In this document: one piece after another, positions 11,395 to 22,700 of the stretch | How positions within the stretch are numbered: the stretch's first letter is position 1 | Layout: the number at the start of each line of letters is the position of its first letter | Assembly (NCBI GenBank): GCA_965655095.1 | Contig: OZ296648.1 | Location: 100,998,001-101,062,000, forward strand | Length of the DNA: 64,000 bases | DNA from: Haplodiscus bocki | Lineage: Eukaryota | Direction of reading: 5' to 3' | Notes under the pieces: model-generated | What the model was told of the DNA's origin: nothing | Databases searched by the model: none | The model's input: only the letters and a program-made list of their open reading frames with translations | Program-made: the position numbers and the translations under genes

Positions 11395-14300
11395 TCACTC
11401 AGTATCACTTGAAATTTTATTTCTTCTCTTGGGTTGGGAAACATCCAAAACGGATGGAGACCTCTGCGGCGGGAGGTTATTTAAGGGATTATAGTTGAAT
11501 GTCACATCATCATATTCTGAGTCGAAATCTCGAAAGGAATCTTCTTCAGCTTCGTCCTCATTGAAAGGGTTTCTTTGTCTAGGATTTGAATATTCCGTCG
11601 TTTGTTCATCGAAGTCAGTGACTTCTTCCAATTCACTTTCGTGGTAATCTCGTTGATGCATTCCAGGGTCAGGAGGAGTGAATATCTCATCTGAAAGTTG
11701 TGTTTGAACTTCATGGTTGCTTCGTTCACGGTCATCATCATAGTTTGAAAACGAAGGAACATTGCTACCAGGGGAAACTGTGAAGTCCCGGATAAGAGTA
11801 GACCAAGTTGGACTAGTTTCTGAGGCTTCCTCTCGCTCTTCATCTCCCCAGTCATCGTTTCCAGGATTTGTCTATGCAATTGCCAGTCTCTTATTTGGAA
11901 GTGGCCAAAAGGTAGACAACGTATGCCATCGTTTTGTATGAAACGCTTGTCATCAAAAGCACTCAATGATATTTTGTTGTTTCGAATGGTTCGGAGATGT
12001 TTCGAGGAGCCAATTCGTTTGTTTTCCGACCTCATGTTGTGACCTCATGTCTCACGTTTGTAGACAGTGGAGTAAAGTTTGAGCAAACCGAGATACGCTT
12101 TTTGCTGACATTTTTTGGTGGTTCTCTCAAACTATTGAGTACATTTGGGGTTTGAGACCAACGAATTCTCGGATGACTTTTCCTACCATCTCGTCTTTGA
12201 ATTTGAGTGTGATCATCTTGTTTGTGTCACAATGAAGAGGACTGTCGTTCAGATAGTTAGAAAAGTCGAAGAGGTTTTGTAGCAGGGGGTCGTCTGCTGT
12301 TTTCTGATAGAAATCTTGTCCTGTGATCTCATAAAACGGCGAGTCAGTGTCGGAATACAATAGTGAGCAGTCGTATGTCTTCTTCATTACCTGTAAACAA
12401 AAAGCTTTTTAATCGTTTGAGACTTTCAAAAACTCTAGCGTCGGCTTCCGAACGTTTTATCGTTGCATCCAGACCATTTCGTTTGGACACCTGATGAGTA
12501 TCGATTCAGTCTATATGGGTGGAAGATACACCGGCTCCTTTCTTTTAGTCTTTGGGATGAAAGTAGTGATTCTGACGTTTTATGCTTACAGTGTTATGGA
12601 CTTCATACATATGGAACTTGTCAAGATCGAGATTGCAAGCGCCCACGAAAGTTGGCGTTTCCCAGTAAATTTGTCCTCGGCGACTTGTAATTGCTACCAG
12701 CTTTTCATCAAAGGTGTTGATTGATTTCAACAAACCTTCATCGGAGTTTTCAAGGACGGCTTCTCTTGTCTTAACTAGTTTTGCGTTTACCCTGTTTCGT
12801 TTGCTTTCAAGAGTTTTACCGTAACAGGATTTGTTCATCAGCTTATAAAATGACTCTTCGAACTTATTCTTTGACTGAGTTCGCATTCTGGTGTTCAAGC
12901 TGATGTAAGGCTCCAACCACTTTTCTTGTTTGAACTGAAGGACCCGATGTACTTTAGTAACTTTGAGACCGAGATCCACGTAGAGCTTTAGGGTAATGTA
13001 ATGAACGGTGTAATTTTTCTTCGCGAATAACGTCCGTACAAGCTTTGGCGTGGTAACACGTCTTTTACATGCTTGATCCAATAGACGCATCAGATACTCG
13101 GACAACATATTGCGATGAATTTTCTCGTGCCAGTGGAAAATCTTTGTGCATATTGTGGAGGGCATCAGTATGGTCCAAGTCGACTTCTAATACGAAACCA
13201 ATTTCCGAGTGGTTTGCAGTCTCAAGAATTGTGCTAAGTTCAACATCCATAATCTCAAATTCGCTCAAAGGCAGTGGAAATTTTTGCATGATTCCACCAT
13301 AAAGATTGTTTGCATCCACGAGGAAACCATATGTTCTTGATTTTTCTCGTCAATTCCTTACAGTTACTTGTTGTTCTTCGTTGCCAAACGCTTTGAAAAC
13401 ACTGAGGAGACACCCCCTCTGATCAAGTTTTCAGCCATCTCCAAATAACTACGGTCCATGACCAATTCCACTCTTGCTTTTTTAACTTTTTGGGAAAGCA
13501 TCGCCAAAAAGATGAGAACACGTGTAATAATGAGCACTATCCAGTCCGTAAGTAGAGTACGTAACTTTTCGAAACTGCTCGACCACACATGCAAGTAGCA
13601 AGGTGTCCGATGTTAGGTAAAGGTCATTGCAACTACCGAGGGTTGCGCACCCAAACTTTTGGAAAGCTTTTGTTGCATGTTGAAAGTTCTTTGGAGTAAT
13701 TGACACCTGACCATCTTGGAAAGAGTCGACGAAACGCAAATATTCGTAGATATGTTTTTCAACTCCTCGACGAGCGGTGGAAGACGCAATTCTAATACCA
13801 ATCGAAAGCGAAATGTATTTTTCATCGGTTATAGGATTGACTTGATTTTTACTATCTTTGGGAAAAGGTGTAGATTTCTGCAAAAAATGTAAATCATAAT
13901 TCAAAAGATTATGAACGAATATCGGAATGTAGTTTACCGTGCGTCGTTTAAGGTTGCATTTATCGTGCGCGTAACCCAAGGACTTTCCGCTGGCATGACA
14001 GTGATCTAAAACTCTTTCGCCTTCAGCTAAATCTCTTTCACAAATCGAGCACTGATCAGAAGAAAACTGAGGTGATCCTGTGTATTTTCGATGTAGATGT
14101 TTCATTTCATAAATGTCTTTTGCAAGTTGTTATAAGTTTTCGACGAACCTTTGCATACAATTAGACGATCTTTCCAATTTGAAAAAGACAGGTTCCGGGT
14201 TGTTGTGCTCGATAACAACCAAGCAAAATCCACAAGGCTCATATCTCTCTATAATCTCGCTTGAACTTCTATCAGAAGTGTCAGAACATGTTGCTACAGG

Positions 14301-14680
14301 TCTGATGAGTTATTCAAAGTCAACATGCATAATATATGGTGCGAACCATCTGGACTGGTAATTTTGAAATTGTAGGTCGTTTTTCGTTTCACCTGGTAAT
14401 TTAATAGTGGCTGCTCCGTTTTGCATGCAAGTCTCAATATGTCTTTCGTAATTTTCACCTGTATAGCAAACATGAAAGCAGTTACGGCATTTTTTGCTAC
14501 TGGATCGTGGAACTTGTTGTTTCAATTTGCTGACCAAAATTTCCAAGTCTTTGATCGAAACATAATGTTAAGCTTGACCATCGCTAAGAAGAAGGTCTAA
14601 GATGAATGGCATTTCCTGTCGTTTTGATTTTCGCAGTGGAATGAGATCTTTCTTTTGGTAACGGAAAACCAAAGAAGTGC
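11395..14680 (-). pseudogene. Protein-primed family B DNA polymerase (pPolB) with endonuclease-VII-like insert
   Basis: Colinear motifs: HYVSIKDL, CRNCFH, PYIMHVDFE, DHCHASG..AHDKCN, FVHNLLNYD, RFVDSF, IRGGVS, DANNLYG, KLMNKSCYGKT, YSDTDS, KFKDEM, KISLSAFDDKR..LPFGH. Confidence 0.92.
12391..12589 (-). other. 199-bp phase-0 GT-AG intron-like insertion in pPolB
   Basis: Minus strand CAT AAC ACT|gtaagc...ttttgtttacag|GTA ATG AAG; removing it joins HMYEVHNT to VMKKTYDCSLLYSDTDS in frame. Confidence 0.7.
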
Positions 14681-15218
14681 ATTTATTTGTCAGCTGTGGG
14701 TACAGATAATTATGAGATGCTTGTTGTGTGCTGGTCAGGTCGAACACTGAAATATAGTGATTAGCATAGTCGTTGTGAGGAACTCCATGACCATGTTGTC
14801 CGAAAGCTAGAGCTTCGAGCGAATTAACGTTACGATAATCTGTAATGCTGTTGAGATTGAATTTTTGGAAATGGAAAGGATTTACTTGCTTGGCTCCCAG
14901 AAAGGCCTCGTTTGTTGCCATAGCTGTTGCAAACCTTCGAATGGGCTCCCTGGTGAATACATCTTCGTGACTCGAACTCTGAAACGTGGAAATGAGAAAC
15001 GTTTTGGTTATGATCTCAGTATAACGGTAAAGAGCAGGGGTTTTCGTTAATGTAGTCTCAGTAGCTGAGTAAACGTTGTCACTTACTGTCATTTTTCGAA
15101 CGTGTAAATTGGCTTGTATAATCTCGATTTTATAATCTTTTGTTTCATCATTGTAAATTAATGCATGTTCAGGTCGGTTATTGAGGAAGGAGATCCTCTG
15201 TGTAACTCCTTTTATCAC
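14681..15218 (-). pseudogene. Polinton major capsid protein (hexon-like, F54H12.2-like), C-terminal fragment
   Basis: YKIEIIQANLHVRKMTV, ALYRY, EAFLG...NPFHFQKFNLNSI and FDLTS are typical of Maverick capsid proteins. Confidence 0.8.
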
Positions 15219-15759
15219 TTTGAATTTGAAAATTTGAGAAAGTAATAATGTTCTCCCATTTTGTTAACGATCTCTATTTTGTTGACTAAAAGTAGGTCAT
15301 ATCATCAAATGCGTAACTGTTGAAGATTTTCTGAGTGTTTATGATAGTGTCTTTCGTCTTGATCTGGAAACAAATACCTCTCGTTCTTTTGTTTGTTCAA
15401 AATTAAATTTTTGCTCATGGCTTTTGTTGTATCACCACTTTTACTACTGTGCATCTCCACTATTACTAGCTTCACAGGTGCGATTTCTTTGAAGTTTGTT
15501 CATTCTGATTTTACTGCCATCCGCTTACTGTAAATTATGCCTGAGTGGTTGCGTTTTCTTTTGTTTTAGCGGAGGAGACACTAATTGTTTTTATACTAAT
15601 AATCCTAAAATTGGAAATTAATCTAGCTGAGGAATTCAAAAAATGTATAGAAAATATTTACTCCTTGAATATCGGAAAATGTAGAAGACAATCATGAATG
15701 TTTCTCTCAAAAAAAAGATAATTCAGAGTTTGGAAAGGTCTACTGTCTTTACTTCGAGT

Positions 15760-16337
15760 GAAAATGTGGGACGGTATTCTATTTTCTTTTTCGGCGCCGG
15801 AGGACATTCAGGAGATTAGCAAGGCCTCGATTTCACAGGAGTTTCAAGATAATTGAATTCTGTACTGTCCTCATTAATATCTTGATATGGGGGTGTTGAA
15901 AATGGAAGTGGCGGCGTTACTTCTTTCAGACGTGGAGATTGCGGGTTTCCAACTATCTCCCAATACCACTCTAACGTTTCTAAGTCCGACATATAGCCCA
16001 ACTGGTTCTCGGATAGGGGCATGTCTTCACAATCGAAACGGAATAAGACTTCGGCAACACTAACAGGTATTTCGAAACTGTCAACATTTGTACGTACATG
16101 AAAGTTTTCCTCTGCAAGGCCCACATTTCCCAAATTGTTGACAATGTTAGGTGGGACGCTCTTGCCCTTCTACAAACCGAATATCCCTTTAGGTACGGAT
16201 ATGGAATTTTTCACGCTCCACTCGTCATCCGATTTCTCTTCTCTGACAATCGCCACCGATTTATTAATCCAAGTTTCAAAAAAAATATAACGATAGGAAC
16301 AAAAGTAACTAGTGAAGCTTTGAATCTGTAGTTTCAT
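15760..16337 (-). pseudogene. Polinton accessory ORF of unknown function (internal stops)
   Basis: ORFs 16170-16412 and 15816-16133 share a frame and are separated by a single TAG; ATG at 16337; same strand as the capsid and PolB genes. Confidence 0.45.
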
Positions 16338-16747
16338 TCTGTGAATATTAATTGTATACAATCTTGAATATTTGAAGTTAGATTTCGTGTAGTATCGAAA
16401 GTGTGAAATCACTGTAAAAAGAATAAATTTTTATAGAGATACCCAGTTATCAATTTGACGATTTTTTGAAATTTAACTAGTTATCGAGAAAGGAAAATTG
16501 GAATGTGCCAAATTGAAATGGGTTTTTTGTTTATTTTATATGTAATGTCTAGGCATTAGACATTTTGTTAACATGTATTGTCCAGACCTTCCAGGTTTAG
16601 GAAGTTATAGGTTTGTTTACCTGTTGTGAAACGAATAATGGTCCTGAGTTGTCATTTATTTACAGTAAAAGTTTTTGTTTAGGCGACAGATGAAATTTGT
16701 TTACAAGTAGTAAAACAAGTCCCTGCACGTTCCTTTTTTCAAAGTTT

Positions 16748-19700
16748 TTGTGGAAGCTCGGATCTAGTTGAAATCTTTGCCGTTTTCGGCTTGGTAGGGT
16801 ATGGAAGATCGTAAGAAAGTTTTCTTGATCATAGATAATTTTACAAGAGAAATTGTTGATTGACAGCTTGGTGGATGAATCCAGCAAATGGTTATGACGA
16901 AATAAAAAGGCAACTAGTCATTGCGGACGGTCTTTGTTGCTTGACTTTTCAGCTTAGCAAGATTGCAATGCGGGACATCGAGTCGATGATGATTCAATTG
17001 GAATTGTTTCTTCAGGTTGGGGACTGTTAATAGGGTTGTTAGGGGATGTAATTCAGCTGGTAGTTATTGTAAAATGTTAATTTGAATTTGGCGGAAAACC
17101 CTTACATACATAAAACTCTTTTGACCTATCAGGATCACGAAACCAGACAGACAATCGGTACTGTCCCTACTGAATATGCCTCTAGCGGTGAAAAATGTTG
17201 ATTGGTACTTTGCTGGATTTAATCCGGCCAGAGTTACAGGGAGCTTAGAGTTCTTCATATTGGTGTTTCATTTTTAGTCGCTTTTTTGGCTGTCAGATTT
17301 CAATGAATGATACAAAACCAGTGTTAGACTGACTGAACTTCTCTGCAAAGCAGCGGTTGATTGGGGTCTTCAGGGAATGTAATCCAGCGAATATTTCGGC
17401 AAAAATTGATTTTTATATCGGAAAATCGAAAGGAAAGGTAGTACCGACTTTACAAGGTTTTGATAAGAAACTCAAAAACTTCGATGGATTTTTTGTAAAG
17501 GACTTTGTTTTAGAAAATTGTTGATTGGGTCCGTATCAGTTATAATCCTGAGTTTTTTCTTGTAAACTTATGATTTAAATTTCAAGGAAAAGCAATACTA
17601 GTGAAAAATCTCTGGCTTTTTTGACCTTCTTCAGTTCTCATACAGGATGTAAAAGCCGTGTTGATTCAATTGAAAGTGGTCCCAGAAATAAAGAACCTTT
17701 ATTGGGAACTTAAGGGTGTAATCAAGCTGGTTGTTTTTGGGAAATGTTGGTTTGAATTTCTCCCAAAATCAATATGAAGAACAATCTTTAGTGTATTAGA
17801 ATTCTATTAGAAAGCGAAAAATTCGTAGTGGCTCGAATGAAGTTAGTTTTACAAGTATGAAACACTTCATTGGGGGCTTCTTTCGATATAATCCGTCCTC
17901 TAATTATGTAAAGAAGTGACGCCGCGATAAGTTTATTAACTTTTTCTGGCTGGTTAACATTTTGCTGCCCGACACAAAATCGATAATAGCATAAATGAAA
18001 ATGCTGCTGCGAGTAGGAGGCATTCCAAGGACAAGGGCAAAAATAATCGATTTTCGATCCAACTGTCTTTTACCAGTGAAAAGCAGTCATCTGACAGTCT
18101 GGTGGAAGAAATCAAGCCTGCTGTTTTGATGGAATTTGAGTTCAATCAACGACTAATGTTAATGCAAAGAGCATTTTGTAACTTTTTCATCCGTTTGGGA
18201 TTCCAACGCCAAGAATAATGTTAGTGATTTCGAATTCAAAAGTCTTCTTCAATTAGGAAGTTGTCGATTGAGAGTAGGGTGGAAGACTTCCACACGGTAA
18301 TGCAGTCGGTGGACAAGGAAAAAAATTTAGTTTCAGACTTGTGGAAGCTCGGATCTTGTTGAAATCTTTGCCGTTTTCGGCTTGGTAGGGTATGGAAGAT
18401 CGTAAGAAAGGTTTCTTGATCGTAGATAATTTTACAAGAGAAATTGTTGATTGACAGCTTGGTGGATGAATCCAGCAAATGGTTATGACGAAATAAAAAG
18501 GCAACTAGTCATTGCGGACGGTCTTTGTTGCTTGACTTTTCAGCTTATCAAGATTGCAATGCGGGACATCGAATCGATGGTGATTCAATTGGCATTGTTT
18601 CTTTTGGATGGAGACTGTTGATTGGGTTCTTAGGGGATGTAAATCAGCTGGTAGTTATTGTAAAATGTTAAATTGAATTTCGCGGAAGACCCTTACATAA
18701 AACTCTTTTGACCTGTCAGGATCACAAAACCAGACGGACTATCAGTACTGTCTCTACTGAAAATGCCTCTAGTGGTGAAAAATTTTGATTGGTACTTTGC
18801 TGGGTGTAATCCGGCCAGAGTTACAGGGAGCTTAGAGTTCTTCATATTGGTGTTTCTTTTTTAGTCGCTTTTTTTGGCTGTCAGATTTCCATGAAGGATA
18901 CAAAACCAGTGTTAGACTGACTGAACTTCTCTGCAAAGCAGCGGTTGATTGGGGTCTTCAGAGAATGTAATCCAGCGAATAATTCGGCAAAAATTGATTT
19001 TTATATCGGAAAATCGAAAGGAAAGGTAGTACCGACTTTACAAGGTTTTGATAAACTCAGAAACTTCGATGGGCTTTTCGTAAATGACTTTGTTTTAGAA
19101 AATTGTTGATTGGGTCCTTATCAGTTATAATCCAGAGATTTTTCTTGTGAACTTTTGATTTAAATTTCAAGGAAAAGCAATACTAGTGAAAACTTTCTGG
19201 CTTTTTTGACCTTCCTCAGTTCTCATACAGGATGTAAAAGCCGTGTTGATTCAATTGATAGTGGTCCCGGAAATGAAGAACCTTTATTGGGAACTTCAGG
19301 AGGTGTAATCAAGTTGGTAGTTTTTGGGAAATGTTGGTTTGAATTTCGCCCAAAATCAAATGGAAGAACAATCTTTAGTGTACTCGAATTCTCTTAGAAG
19401 ACACACAAATGGTAGTGGCTCGAATGAAATTAGTTTTACAAGTATCAAACTCTTCATTGGGGGCTTTTTTCGATATAATCCGTCCTGTAATTATGTAAAG
19501 AAGTGACTCCGCGATAAGTTTATTAACTTTCTCTGGCTGATTAACCTTTTGCTGCCCGACACAAAATCGATAATAGCATAAATGAAAATGCTGCTGCGAG
19601 TAGGAGGCATTCCAAGGACAAGGGCAAAAATAATCGATTTTCGATCCAACTGTCTCTTACTAGTGAAATGCAGTCATCTGACAGTCTGGTGGAAGAAATC

Positions 19701-22700
19701 AAGCCTGCTGTTTTGATGGAATTTGAGTTCAATCAACGACTAATGTTAATGCAAAGAGCATTTTGTAACTTTTTCATCCGTTTGGGATTCCAACGCCAAG
19801 AATAATGTTAGTGATTTCGAATTCAAAAGTCTTCTTCAATTAGGAAGTTGTCGATTGAGAGTAGGGTGGAAGACTTCCACACGGTAATGCAGTCGGTGGA
19901 CAAGGAAAAAAATTTAGTTTCAGACTTGTGGAAGCTCGGATCTAGTTGAAATCTTTGCCGTTTTCGGCTTGGTAGGGTATGGAAGATCGTAAGAAAGGTT
20001 TCTTGATCGTAGATAATTTTACAAGAGAAATTGTTGATTGACAGCTTGGTGGATGAATCCAGCAAATGGTTATGACGAAATAAAAAGGCAACTAGTCATT
20101 GCGGACGGTCTTTGTTGCTTGACTTTTCAGCTTAGCCAAGATTGCAATGCGGGACATCGAGTCGATGATGATTCAATTGGAATTGTTTCTTCAGGTTGGG
20201 GACTGTTGATAGGGTTGTTAGGGGATGTAATTCAGCTGGTATTTATTGTAAAATGTTAATTTGAATTTGGCGGAAAACCCTTACATACATAAAACTCTTT
20301 TGACCTATCAGGATCACAAAACCAGACGGACAATCGGTACTGTCCCTACTGAATATGCCTCTAGCGGTGAAAAATGTTGATTGGTACTTTGCTGGATTTA
20401 ATCCGGCCAGAGTTACAGGAAGCTTAGACTTCTTCATATAGGAGTTTCAATTTTAGTCGCTTTCTTTGGCTGTCAGATTTTCATTCAGGATACAAAAACA
20501 GTGTTAGACTGACTCAACTTCTCTGCAAAGCAACGGTTGATTGGGGTCTTCAGAGAATGTAATCCAGCGAATAATTCGGCAAAAATTGATTTTTATATCG
20601 GAAAATCGAGAGGGAAAGGTACTACCGACTTTACAAGGTTTTGATAAGAAACTCAAAAATTTCGATGGGCTTTTTGTAAATGACTTTGTTAAAGAAAATT
20701 GTTGACTGGGTCCTCATCAGTTATAATCCTGAGTTTTTTCTTGTAAACTTATGATTTAAATTACAAGGAGAAGCAATACGGGGTGAAAAATTTCTTGCAT
20801 TTTTGAAGTTCCTCAGCTCTCATGCAGGATGTAAAAGCCGTGTTGATTCAATTGATAGTGGTCCCGGAAATGAAGAACCTTTATTGGGAACTTCAGGAGG
20901 TGTAATCAAGTTGGTAGTTTTTGGGAAATGTTGGTTTGAATTTCGCCCAAAATCAAATGGAAGAACAATCTTTAGTGTACTCGAATTCTCTTAGAAGACA
21001 CACAAATGGTAGTGGCTCGAATGAAATTAGTTTTACAAGTATCAAACTCTTCATTGGGGGCTTTTTTCGATATAATCCGTCCTGTAATTATGTAAAGAAG
21101 TGACTCCGCGATAAGTTTATTAACTTTCTCTGGCTGATTAACCTTTTGCTGCCCGACACAAAATCGATAATAGCATAAATGAAAATGCTGCTGCGAGTAG
21201 GAGGCATTCCAAGGACAAGGGCAAAAATAATCGATTTTCGATCCAACTGTCTCTTACTAGTGAAATGCAGTCATCTGACAGTCTGGTGGAAGAAATCAAG
21301 CCTGCTGTTTTGATGGAATTTGAGTTCAATCAACGACTAATGTTAATGCAAAGAGCATTTTGTAACTTTTTCATCCGTTTGGGATTCCAACGCCAAGAAT
21401 AATGTTAGTGATTTCGAATTCAAAAGTCTTCTTCAATTAGGAAATTGTCGATTGAGAGTAGGGTGGAAGACTTCCACACGGTAATGCAGTCGGTGGACAA
21501 GGAAAAAAATTTAGTTTCAGACTTGTGGAAGCTCGGATCTAGTTGAAATCTTTGCCGTTTTCGGCTTGGTAGGGTATGGAAGATCGTAAGAAAGGTTTCT
21601 TGATCGTAGATAATTTTACAAGAGAAATTGTTGATTGACAGCTTGGTGGATGAATCCAGCAAATGGTTATGACGAAATAAAAAGGCAACTAGTCATTGCG
21701 GACGGTCTTTGTTGCTTGACTTTTCAGCTTAGCCAAGATTGCAATGCGGGACATCGAGTCGATGATGATTCAATTGGAATTGTTTCTTCAGGTTGGGGAC
21801 TGTTGATAGGGTTGTTAGGGGATGTAATTCAGCTGGTATTTATTGTAGAATGTTAATTTGAATTTGGCGGAAAACCCTTACATACATAAAACTCTTTTGA
21901 CCTATCAGGATCACAAAACCAGACGGACAATCGGTACTGTCCCTACTGAATATGCCTCTAGCGGTGAAAAATGTTGATTGGTACTTTGCTGGATTTAATC
22001 CGGCCAGAGTTACAGGAAGCTTAGACTTCTTCATATAGGAGTTTCAATTTTAGTCGCTTTCTTTGGCTGTCAGATTTTCATTCAGGATACAAAAACAGTG
22101 TTAGACTGACTCAACTTCTCTGCAAAGCAACGGTTGATTGGGGTCTTCAGAGAATGTAATCCAGCGAATAATTCGGCAAAAATTGATTTTTATATCGGAA
22201 AATCGAGAGGGAAAGGTACTACCGACTTTACAAGGTTTTGATAAGAAACTCAAAAATTTCGATGGGCTTTTTGTAAATGACTTTGTTAAAGAAAATTGTT
22301 GACTGGGTCCTCATCAGTTATAATCCTGAGTTTTTTCTTGTAAACTTATGATTTAAATTACAAGGAGAAGCAATACGGGGTGAAAAATTTCTTGCATTTT
22401 TGAAGTTCCTCAGCTCTCATGCAGGATGTAAAAGCCGTGTTGATTCAATTGATAGTGGTCCCGGAAATGAAGAACCTTTATTGGGAACTTCAGGAGGTGT
22501 AATCAAGTTGGTAGTTTTTGGGAAATGTTGGTTTGAATTTCGCCCAAAATCAAATGGAAGAACAATCTTTAGTGTACTCGAATTCTCTTAGAAGACACAC
22601 AAATGGTAGTGGCTCGAATGAAATTAGTTTTACAAGTATCAAACTCTTCATTGGGGGCTTTTTTCGATATAATCCGTCCTGTAATTATGTAAAGAAGTGA

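Larger units (their letters stand above)
11395..16420 (-). mobile_element. Decayed Polinton/Maverick (adintovirus-like) element
   Basis: pPolB, major capsid protein fragment and an accessory ORF, all on the minus strand with stops, frameshifts and internal deletions; TIRs, integrase, ATPase and protease not seen. Confidence 0.85.
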
